Positions 52,886 through 62,959 of a DNA stretch of 64,000 nt are shown here, one piece after another. Below the pieces are notes generated by a model. It searched no databases, was not told where the DNA came from, and was given only the letters and a program-made list of their open reading frames with translations. The position numbers were made by a program, and so were the translations under genes. The stretch covers positions 64,001 to 128,000 of the forward strand of contig CAWHXP010000007.1 of the NCBI GenBank assembly GCA_963833425.1, given 5' to 3'. Every line of letters starts with the position of its first letter. The stretch's first letter is position 1. This DNA is from an uncultured Methanosarcinaceae archaeon. GTDB taxonomy: Archaea > Halobacteriota > Methanosarcinia > Methanosarcinales > Methanosarcinaceae.

Positions 52886-53467
52886 ACTAAACTAGATTAT
52901 TTCTTTTTTGAGTCAAAATTCCGGTAAAATATACTCGAAAAATCTAAGGGCGCATCTTGATTTGATTTTTATACTGTATCTGAATATTTGACGATTGAGA
53001 TCAAAATTTTGTTACATTCGGAGATTTAAATACTAGTGTGCAGTTCGACTTTTGTGTACAATATGAAGACAGTGATTTAGAAATCAATTTTTTCCTTCAA
53101 GTGTTATCAAGATCGTGCAGACTTTTATCCGATAGGTATTTCCTTCTCTACTAGGAAGGTTGCTTGCTTCCTGAATCAGTCTTCTCTCACATGATCAAGG
53201 ATATGGATCTTGTCGTTAAGAGTAATGTAAAAATTCTATAAATGATATCGATAGATGCAGAATAATTTTCCAGTTTAATGAATTTGAAAAAAATCGAGAC
53301 TCTGAGGTTGTCAATCTCTACAGATGAAAAATATTTCTACATATTTATATATACGATTAAAAAAATTTCATATTTGTTTTGAGTTTAGGGCTAAATGATC
53401 GAAACTTATCTTTATACTACTTATTTTTATTCCTAAAACTTTTACATCAAAGCCTTTTGCTTTAAGC

Positions 53468-54358
53468 CTACACAATTTCTTTTATTTTTGCAATGAATTC
53501 GGTGTTTTGAACTGCATTTTGCAATATACCCAGTTCTTCTGGAGAAAAGCCTAGCGCAAGTCCAAGAAGCTGAGAATAGTGAAGTACAGGTATCGAGTAG
53601 CTTGTTCCGAATTTCTCATTGACTGCAAGCTGGCCTCTGTCAAACTGGAGATGGCAGAAGGGACACGCATTGACAATACAATCTACCTCTGCCTTCTGGA
53701 TGCAGGCAAGTTTACGCTCAAGTATTTCCAAAGATTCGGTAGAGTGTCCAGAACGGACTCCTCCTCCGGCTCCACAGCAGATCATTTTGTCTTTGTAGTC
53801 CATGCTTTTTGGACCTATAGCTTCAACAAGTTCGTCAAAGAAAACTGGATACTCCGTTTCTCCAAGATTTCGGTATTTTGAGGGCTTTATCAGGTGACAT
53901 CCATAGTGGAGGGCCACTTTTATGTTAAGGGGCCTTGTAATATAGTCCTTGAGTTTATCAGGCCCAAACTCCTTGTATAGAAACTCGATTATGTGTCTTA
54001 CTTCTATAGTTCCCTTAAATTCCATGCCAATTTTCTTCAAGCAGAGGTTTGTGTGGGCTCTCATCTCGGGATCCTTTTTAAGTTCTATATTGGCATCTGC
54101 TAGGGAGCCATAGCAGCCATTACAGATTGTCAGGATATCCCTTCCCAGTTTTTCAGATAGAACTATGTTTCGGCTTGCTAAGACAATCCATGTTGCTTTG
54201 TCAAAGGACTTGAACACCCCAGGTGCAGGGCAACAAGAGGCCCCTGGCAAGTCGCAAGCATCGATCTCCAGCTTCTGCAGGCAGAGTTTCGTTGCTTTCT
54301 CAATTCCTGGATAACGGTTAGGTACTATGCAGCCAAGAAACAGCGATAGTTTTGCCAT
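53468..54358 (-). CDS. hdrB: CoB--CoM heterodisulfide reductase subunit B (HdrB2-type)
   Basis: FLGCIVPNRYPGIE, SCCPAP, CNGC, HYGCH, CCGAGGG and CPFCHLQFD, all intact; RBS AGGAG. Confidence 0.95.
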   Translation of the reverse strand: MAKLSLFLGCIVPNRYPGIEKATKLCLQKLEIDACDLPGASCCPAPGVFKSFDKATWIVLASRNIVLSEKLGRDILTICNGCYGSLADANIELKKDPEMRAHTNLCLKKIGMEFKGTIEVRHIIEFLYKEFGPDKLKDYITRPLNIKVALHYGCHLIKPSKYRNLGETEYPVFFDELVEAIGPKSMDYKDKMICCGAGGGVRSGHSTESLEILERKLACIQKAEVDCIVNACPFCHLQFDRGQLAVNEKFGTSYSIPVLHYSQLLGLALGFSPEELGILQNAVQNTEFIAKIKEIV

Positions 54359-54364
54359 AAATCC

Positions 54365-54854
54365 TACTCCTTGTTTTTTATCCTTCAACTTATTAAATTC
54401 ACAAATTATGGAAAGAGTTTTCAGTTCTTTGAAGGCTACCATATATTCCCATATAGTCTCAGATATGGATTCAAGTCCTATATATTAAATTTTTTTTTCT
54501 GAATTTCTTCGTCTAACGGAACATGTGCGACTACATTCCCATTCCTAAAATTTTTCGGTGTTCAGGGAGCTTAAAACTGTCTCTAACTGCAAAATTTCGG
54601 AGCTCAAGAAGAATAAGATTTGATTGATATATCGTGTGGCCAGCACTTCTGGCAGATATCCCAGTTGATGCATAATCAAAGATTATTCTTTTTAGAAGGC
54701 CTGTTCCTTGTTCTTGCGTGCTCCATTATAAATTCTTAGGATGTTGATTCCGGTGCGCTGTCCAGGCTGAAAGCTTCTTGTGTGCTTACCACAGTGCATA
54801 TAAGAAAGAACTTTGAGCCCTAAAATCGTTTGAATTTTATGTAGTATTGCTCAT
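54365..54854 (-). pseudogene. hdrC: Heterodisulfide reductase subunit C (HdrC2-type), destroyed
   Basis: LGLKVLSYMHCGKHTRSFQPGQRTGIN...ARKN, L*LCINWDICQKCWP, LLELRNFAVRDSFKLPEHRKI, PLDEE, GLESISET...ELKTL..ICEFNKL; collinear with HdrC; stops, frameshifts and lost Cys ligands; immediately upstream of hdrB. Confidence 0.85.
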
Positions 54855-55379
54855 CAGGTCCATTGCCTAGTATTAATCTCAATTAATATATTTTATTAAA
54901 AAACGTAGACAAATGAAGATATTTTATGTCGATAACTTTGGTTAGTAGCAGTGTTTCAACTTTTCGGAATGATCTGCTTCCCCAGCAAATTTTTCTGACA
55001 ATTTCTTTTCCTTATTTTATTATTCGTATCGTCTTGTATAATATTCAAGTTAGACAAATAATATCTATACTTGACACCAAGTACCAGAAAATGATGAAAT
55101 TTTTCTTCTTTAACAGAACTTTGCGGAATCTTTTTTATGACCTAGTCGTAGTCTATTTTCGAAGCTTTTGGTCTCGATTTTAAGTTTTTATCATCAACTA
55201 TTGTCAAAGGTTACCACCTTCTAGGCTTGAGATATTCTTTGCTAATCGAATAGAAAATGTCGATTATTGCCTAAGTTTTAAGCTTCCACTAATTCCTACT
55301 AAAAATCTAAAATACCTTAGTTAAAGTTTATTTGAAAAACTTATCAATATATTAATTTTGCGTGAAGGTACATGAGGTT

Positions 55380-56550
55380 ATCTCTAGTACATACTTATCC
55401 CGTATTCTTTTCCTACTCTTTAGATTATTCTACTGATTATTTTCATACATCCACCTATCGAAAAGGTTTCCACCTAGGCGATCTTCCTCTTTATAAATTC
55501 CCCCTTGGATATACTATTTCGTTTTTTATATTTAGTCGTTTATATTTAGATGCAATATAATTGTGCACTCTCTCTTGCTAAAGCATTAATTCTTTTTTCA
55601 TACCCATTGATTTCTTCTTCCGGTTAAAAAAATGATACTTACTTGTTATTTTTCTTTCTTACTCCAGCCTGAGCAATATGCGTTTATACATTTTTGCTAA
55701 TCTTATTAACTCGTTATGCTTGTACAATTGTAGATTTTTTCAGCATCTTGGTATACATCGAGAACAATCTCAAACCATGACGCAAGCTTACATTCTGAAA
55801 AAAAGATGTGAGATTGGCAATTTCAGAAATCAAAGTTGACGCTTCAATTTCCCAAATACTCGGAAACAATATTTAAATTTCCAGTTCGACTTTATACGTT
55901 CCATAAGCATGCTTGAAAATTGATATCCCTAAGGCTTATTTCATAGTCAAGATTTATATAAATCTAGACACGTCGAAATTTTTACTGGTTCGCTCTTCGA
56001 TGCATATATCTCCAGGATCTATCTCATTTGGACACTTTATTACAAATATTTGTCGAGGAGTTTTTATAAACTAAGCAATAATTTCAACTAAAGAGATTTA
56101 TGATCTAATTTTTCTGTCATTCTTGCCAAAATATATGTCAGCCCTCATTTAGGTTAAGCATTTCAGGTATGAGAATAGAACAGCTTAATTTCATATATCT
56201 ATTCTTTATTGTATACTATTCAGCTCACCAAAAATAAGTTGATTGATTCCTATTTTGATGTAATCGAAGCTTTTGATTACTGAAGATAGAAATATAAAAA
56301 ATGAGCAATAGCCTACATTTAAAGTAAATAGGATAAGCTAAATTTGCTCAGTGAATAGTAGTAAAGGTGGTTATTGGTGCTATTTTAACCAGGTTAAATA
56401 GTTACTTTTTTGTGCACATTTACTGCGGAGCTTGACATGAGATCTAGATTCCTTATGATCTTTTTGGTGAAATTTATTTCTGGATAATGTTATGAGGAAC
56501 AAGTTGCGAATAAATTTTGAATTTGCTTTATCTGCATTTTCATGCGTAAA
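55380..56550 (-). mobile_element. Highly degraded IS110-family element
   Basis: Fragments NADKANSKFI, PEMLNL, ASTLISEIAN...KLASWFEIVLDVYQDAEK, IAQAGVRKKN...FFNRKKKS...ALAR. Confidence 0.6.
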
Positions 56551-58375
56551 AAGCCTCAGAACTCGTATGTTTCAAACTAAAAAGTAGATGCTTGTTGGCC
56601 ATAAAAGGGATCCTTATACGGGGTCAGTAATTAAATTTTCTTGATACAAGTATGTTTTCTTTCAGAGGCATACCTTCGATTACATTATAAGACATTTATT
56701 ATTTCTTTTAAATGCCTTTCTAATGATATATTTGAGTTCTTTGCGCACAGGTCGTTCTTGAAGATATGAGTCATAAATATACTTCAGAGCAACTCCTGCA
56801 ATCAAACCTACACATATTCCAGCTACTATCCCCATTAATGTCCCCATTAACAGACTGCCTGATATATATTTCTCCGTCAGATCTATACCCCTAATAAATT
56901 TTGCTTATTTTTATTCATTCAACCTCAATCCTAAACACATAAAAGGAATTATTTGTTTGCTTTAAAGTAGTTTTTGGTAGGGTATTGAAATATAAATGCT
57001 GATACGATTTCAAAGGTTTCAAGGTGTCCTCATCGATCATCCGGTTAATGCAAAAAAATACTAAGAAAAAAATAGGCAAATTCTAGTAAATTTTATGATT
57101 TAGATTTTTAATTGAGAAAGAATCCGAACATTTTTATTCTGATGGAAGAAATTTGGATTTTTGTGAAATTTACCTTTCATGAAGCAAAACTCCAAAATTG
57201 ATACCCCTTTCACCTTGAAAAGCATGTTAGAAGGAGTTTGATAAGAGGAAAAATTCAATGTTAATTTTTGATTGTAACATACCACTCAAATTAATATTGA
57301 ATAACAAATAACTTGACTGCTTAATATCGATTCATTCAGCAGAAGAAGAAGTGAGGACAAAATTGAATATTTTTATTTATTTTTGTATGCATATTTGTTT
57401 ATAGTCAAAAAGTAACTGATACTATTTTAAAATGAAGTTAATGGAAGATATATTAAGTTTAAGAAATGGCTTTAGTGAAGTGTTTAAATGTTATAGAAGA
57501 ATCGAATTTCTGATTCCAAAATTAGTTGGTGAAGATCTATGCTCTTTTAATGCTCATATGATTAAATCTGAGATTAGTAAACTTAAAGAAAAAATTAAAC
57601 ATCTTGAAAAAAAAGGACTAAAAGATTTATTGGAACAATTAATGGAGGAAAAGTTCATTTTGAACTTGATTATTTGGACATAATTTCTTGTAAGATTATA
57701 ACGTTGAAATTGTCCCTCACTGCAATAATCTGACATTCCGCAGATGTTCTCTTAACTGATAAATTGTTATCTGGATAGTTAGCTGTAATCATTCAGGTAA
57801 ACCTCTATATTTGTCATATTTTTATAAAAGTATGTCTCCGAATCTTTAAAGTCAGAAGTTTTTCAACTCCCCCTAGTATTTTGAACGTGTATATATTTTT
57901 AAATGTAAATTTTAGATTTAATCATCTGATATTTTATAAAATTTCAGAAAAGAGGCGCAGCAGATTATTTCTTTTCATTTTTTTCTTTGATTCTTTTTTT
58001 CGACTTTAAATTCATAATTGTTGTATAGATGTGCGTGCTTTATGATAAATCTATATCTTCAAGTCTTTGACTGCTTATTTTCGCGGAGGTTAAATAAATA
58101 TTAATTTATTTTATATTTACAATAATATAGTTAAGTACATATATTTCTGTATATATTATATTCTTAAAATAATAATACTCCGACGATACAAATAAAATCA
58201 TCTTTCTGACGTCTAAGCCGATGATCGAATTTACCAATATCGTAGTCTATTAGGACCTAATAGCATGATTGATGAATATCGTTTAGGCGATGGATCTACC
58301 GACTGGAAGATGATTAAAAAAATCAAGTGTTTTAAGATTGTATCAAACTAAACAAAAATTAGGAGAGTGTAATAA

Positions 58376-59278
58376 ATGGGGAAACAATTTTTTGGAAGAA
58401 TAAAAACTACATTGACCATCTTGATGGCGATATCTTTCATAATGCCACTGACAGTTCTATCAGTAAGTGCCGATCCAAGTGATGCATTTGGAGATGGAAA
58501 TGGAAGCTGCTGCCCCGGAAACTGTGGCCCTGAAGATTTTGGCCCTGGAAACTGTGGCCTTGGAAACTGTGGCCTTGGAAACTGTGGTCCCGGAAACTGT
58601 GCCCCTGGGAACTTTGGACCTGGATACTTTGGCCCCGGAAACTGTGGACCTGGAAACTGTGGACCTGGGAACTTTGGACCTGGATACTTTGGCCCTGGAA
58701 ACTGTGGACCTGGGAACATTGGCCCTGGGAACATTGGAGCCGGAAATATAGGACCTGGGAACATTGGATATGAAAATATTGGAGCTGGGAACATTGGAGC
58801 TGGGAACATTGGAGCTGAAAATATTGGAGCTGAAAATTTAGGAGCTGGAAATTTAGGAGCTGGAAATTTAGGAGCTAGAAATGTCGGAGAAGGAAATGTT
58901 GGGAACGGAAATACTGGAGATGGAAATGTTGGAACTGGAAATGTAGGAGCTGGGAATATTGGAGTTGGAAACGTTGGATATGGAAATGTTGGAGCTGGAA
59001 ACATCGGAGCTTGGAACATTGGAGCTCGAAATATGGGAGATGGAATAGTGGGAGATGGAATAGTTGGAGCCGGAAACATCGGAGCTCGAAATATAGGAGC
59101 TGGAAGATTTGGAGATGGAAACTTCGAACAAGGAAGTTATGGGCCCGATGAACATTTTATACCTAGGAGCCACAAGCACGTTATATCCAGGGGTCACAAA
59201 CATAAGTCAAAAGTTCATGGCCATAAATCAAAAGGTCATGGGCATAAAACAAAGGACCACGGTCATTACAGATATTAA
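58376..59278 (+). CDS. Secreted pentapeptide-repeat (GxGNx) protein with His/Lys-rich tail
   Basis: RBS AGGAGAG, 32-aa leader ending VSA, ~41 five-residue units (15-bp DNA repeats), C-terminal tail with 11 His. Confidence 0.85.
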   Translation: MGKQFFGRIKTTLTILMAISFIMPLTVLSVSADPSDAFGDGNGSCCPGNCGPEDFGPGNCGLGNCGLGNCGPGNCAPGNFGPGYFGPGNCGPGNCGPGNFGPGYFGPGNCGPGNIGPGNIGAGNIGPGNIGYENIGAGNIGAGNIGAENIGAENLGAGNLGAGNLGARNVGEGNVGNGNTGDGNVGTGNVGAGNIGVGNVGYGNVGAGNIGAWNIGARNMGDGIVGDGIVGAGNIGARNIGAGRFGDGNFEQGSYGPDEHFIPRSHKHVISRGHKHKSKVHGHKSKGHGHKTKDHGHYRY

Positions 59279-59386
59279 GGAGATTGTGATGTAAGGGAGA
59301 TTGATTTGCAAAGTTGCATTTTTAAGAATCCTTTTAAACATCGAGATTATCAAGATAGTTATTTTGCTCTAGCCTCGTTAATCAAG

Positions 59387-59525
59387 CCCACTTCCCGCAG
59401 ATCTGCACACGAATGCAAGTCATTTTCTTAATATGCTAGTTGATTGAAATTAACCCAATTTTCAATAAATAAAGTGGGCAAATGGGTAAACAAATTCTAC
59501 ATTTGTGTGCATCTGCATAATGCCG
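59387..59525 (+). repeat. ~140-bp palindromic dispersed element; partial copy at ~60865-60915
   Basis: CCCACTTCCCGCAGATCTGCACACGAATG ... CATTTGTGTGCATCTGC inverted ends. Confidence 0.65.
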
Positions 59526-61140
59526 GAATAAGATTTTTTGGTATTCTTTTCGTGACAAAAAAGTTTTAAAAAGTAGATTGGTTATTCAAAATATTACAAT
59601 CAAAGAATCATATCTCAATTTTTGGTACAGGTTCTTTATGAAACAATTTATTGAATTTTTCCCAAATTATAGATTCCTTAGGGAAATTAATACTTCAAAA
59701 CTTAGAAAAATCGATTATTTCTAGAGGATTTCATAATCCTAAATTTCTTCAGATACTCAAAAATGGTAGATGAATATTCGAAAATCATGCGTTTCTCTAG
59801 ATTTCCAAGTTTGAGAGGACAAATTTCATCGAAAATAAAATCTCATCTTTTCATAAAAAGCTTTGAGAACATTCATATAGGTTCAAATACAGTAAATTAA
59901 CAAGAAGGATTTGGACAAAATTTACGCGAGGAAAAAAATAGAGAAAATAGGAATCCTCTAAAATATATAGACTCAAAAAAATGCAAAAAGATTTCCACTC
60001 AACTAAGGACTCAATTTCAGCAAGTTTAGCTCTATTTGACTGAAAATGTTAGTATTCTTACTCGGAGCAAAAACAACAAAAGTTGTTGTTAGTAAAATTA
60101 TTGTTAAAAGACTAAAGTTCTCCAGTACTAATGCCGAGAGTTTAGCACAATTCCTTTTTAATCAAGATAACTGGCTGAGAATGATGGTAAGAGTGAATAG
60201 ATCTTGATAGTCATAATAACTTTCTGATTGGGAAAATAGGTGATGGGTCTCTTTTAAGTATTCAATTTTATTATGAGTATATATGGCAATAAAACAAGGA
60301 ATTGTTATTTAAGACAAAAAGAAAAGTTTCGATGAGTATCCAGATGCAAAAAATGAGATATGTAGTGCCACCTTTTTGTATACAAAGCAATTATTTAAAC
60401 TCAAAGATTTTCATTTGATCATATGATTCTTTTTCTTCCTTGTTTCTTTAATTTTCAACATTTTTTAATTACAGAAGAAGTTGTGCCATCACCAACATAA
60501 TTTTGGGTTCATTGTTATAAATGCTATATAAGTAATTTGTTAAATTGGAGATCTATTGAAAAGTCTCTTTATAAAATATCTAGCAGGATAATAAAACCGG
60601 AATTCTCATTTACGTGAGATTCTTGATATACCAAAGATCGTATAGTTAAACCTAAATTCATCATGTTTGATAGTGGTGTGGAAGGGGAAAAAAAATCAAA
60701 GTTATCGGAAAAGACGAGACATTTTTTGGTACTACACTCCTCGAAAAAAGCGATTTCAATAACTATCTCTGTTAAGATTTAATGACCAAATTTCCATGGG
60801 CTTATATTATTTAAATGTAGATGTTAATCCTGTTTTTTATCTCCCACAAGTTAGTGACCAGAAGCAGCAAATGGGCAAACAAATTCTACGCCTGTGTACA
60901 CTGTGAAATGTCGGTTTAAAACCAATTAAAGCATTATTTGGGATTATAGAATACGAAAATAATTTTTTTCAATTTAAACAGTGCAATTTATTGTTTACCA
61001 AAAGTATCAGATTTAAACTTTTTAGATTTATGGCTGCCACATAATCTAATGATAGAAGTGGAATATAACAAAAAACACATAAATAACACTATTTTACTTA
61101 TAGTGTATAGGTTTTTTCACTAAAACGGATAAGGATTCTT

Positions 61141-62133
61141 ATGTCTCTATTTGACCCATTCCTCATATCAAAGGCACTCTGGCAGATTGGAGTCCGAAAA
61201 CGTCCTTTTGTTCTTTCGCACGCTGTAAATGCCCACTGCAATATGAGCTGCAGTTTTTGCGAGCACTGGAAAAAAGGAGGGTATGAACCTACAAAGGAAG
61301 AGGTTTTTAGGCTATTAGATGATGCAAAAAAATTTGGGATAGGGGTTTACAATGCCTGGACCGTGGAACCTCTTCTCCGAAAAGACCTCCCCAAGATTAT
61401 GGCTCACGTCAAAGAGCTTGGGATGATAACTTCAATGGTAACAAACGGAAAGCTGCTCTGCGAAAGAGCTGAAGAGCTTGGAGATGTGGATTATCTTTCT
61501 GTTTCCGTGGATGGAATAAAGAGCTATAAAGAAATCCGGCAGACGGATTTCGGAACATTGCTAAAAGGAATAAAAAAAGCCATTAAATTTAGAAAACTTC
61601 AGAACCAGAAAAATCCTATCCTAATGAATTGTGTACTTATGGGGAAAAATCTTGAAGACATTGAGGCTCTTATTTTTCTTGCAAAGGAGCTGGGACTAAA
61701 AATTTCTTTTGAGCCTATCCACAAGTTCCCAGGCATCAGTGAAGTCGTTTGGAAAAATATCGGAATTAGTGATATCAAAAAGTTCCGCAGCACCGTTGAC
61801 CGCATAATAGAACTTAAAGAACAAGATTATCCTATCATTAATTCCAAAACCTACCTTCGAATGGTTAGAGAAGGAAAAATGGACTGTAAATGCAGAGCCA
61901 GCGGTTTTATTATGGATGTGACTCATGACTGTACTGTTGAAACATGTCGCGTGCAAAACGAGCCTCTTGGAAATGTGATGTTGGATGGCTTTGAGAGTGT
62001 ATGGAAAAACTCGGAAGAGCGTAAAAGCAAAATTGTACAAAATTGTAAAGGTTGTCTTTTTTTTGGATATGTGGAAAATAGCTTGATGCAGAGCCTCAAT
62101 CCCGAAGTTTTGATGAATTACGAGTGGATTTGA
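61141..62133 (+). CDS. Radical SAM protein with C-terminal SPASM/twitch-like Cys region
   Basis: CNMSCSFC, EPLLR, VTNG, SVSVDG, then CRAS...TCRV...LGNV...CKGC. Confidence 0.9.
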   Translation: MSLFDPFLISKALWQIGVRKRPFVLSHAVNAHCNMSCSFCEHWKKGGYEPTKEEVFRLLDDAKKFGIGVYNAWTVEPLLRKDLPKIMAHVKELGMITSMVTNGKLLCERAEELGDVDYLSVSVDGIKSYKEIRQTDFGTLLKGIKKAIKFRKLQNQKNPILMNCVLMGKNLEDIEALIFLAKELGLKISFEPIHKFPGISEVVWKNIGISDIKKFRSTVDRIIELKEQDYPIINSKTYLRMVREGKMDCKCRASGFIMDVTHDCTVETCRVQNEPLGNVMLDGFESVWKNSEERKSKIVQNCKGCLFFGYVENSLMQSLNPEVLMNYEWI

Positions 62134-62429
62134 GGAATGGATCTGGGTGTACACAGTTTCGTCAGCAGATTTGCGGCTAAGAAGCCATAAATGTGCTATG
62201 TGAGCATACAGTCAATTCCGCTCACTTTGCTCGTTCATGTGAGCTTAAAACAGACTTGAGTTCGAGTTGCGAACAAAAAAAAACAAAAACTTAAATTTTT
62301 TAGGAAATGTATCTTGATAGTAATTTTTGTGATTTAATTTAAGTAACTGACCAAAATAGCTCACCCATTTTCGGAAGATTTTAAAAGTTATGTTTCTGAT
62401 AAATTTAAAAATAAAAGTTCATGACTAAA

Positions 62430-62810
62430 TTGATTCCTCATATATTATCTCAGTCTTCGATGTTCATAATTTCTATCATTTCACTAAATATCTTTATACA
62501 TTTATCAACCGAAAATGCCTCAGTGTCACTAATTTCCTATTTTGAATTTCTCCAATTTTATACCGATTCCATTTTCATACATCTAACCAATTGTGATCAT
62601 ATGCCATATGATTGTGGCGATTTTCCCTGTTAGACTCATAAATTACCTTTAAATGTTTAATTGGTTTTTTCTTCCAGTTAAAAAGCAATTTTAATCTGCT
62701 ATTTTCTTTCTTCAATGCTGCCTGAATAATCTACAGTAGAACAGTGTTTTAATAGTACAAATCATATTTGAATTGGACTTCATCATTTCGTCAAAAATCG
62801 CTTTCTTGCT
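62430..62810 (-). mobile_element. IS110-family transposase C-terminal remnant
   Basis: IIQAALKKENSRLKLLFNWKKKPIKHLKVIMSLTGKIATIIWHMIT; related to the 55.4-55.7-kb remnant. Confidence 0.6.
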
Positions 62811-62959
62811 TTCAAAAATTTTATCTAATTTATCTCTGATTATTCAATTTTTAACCGAAAAGCATAAAAATGAAATTGAATATGAAGTTTCAGTCCCAAT
62901 GGGACTATATACATATTTTCAATAGTTCCAAGTAACGACTGTTTTTCAAGATGTTATTT

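Noticed and set aside
54359..54442. N-terminal extension of HdrB in the ORF track
   Set aside because: It is the C-terminal remnant of hdrC; the RBS supports the ATG at 54358. Similar over-extensions affect ODC, LeuB, PaaK and DUF1847.
57432..57683. 83-aa Lys/Glu-rich ORF; also a broken membrane-anchor-like ORF at ~56590-56880
   Set aside because: No recognisable motif or RBS; cannot be supported from the sequence alone.
58348..59079. 243-aa minus-strand ORF of FPAPx/FPGPx repeats
   Set aside because: Antisense shadow of the 15-bp repeat; the plus-strand frame has the RBS, the signal peptide and the family leader.
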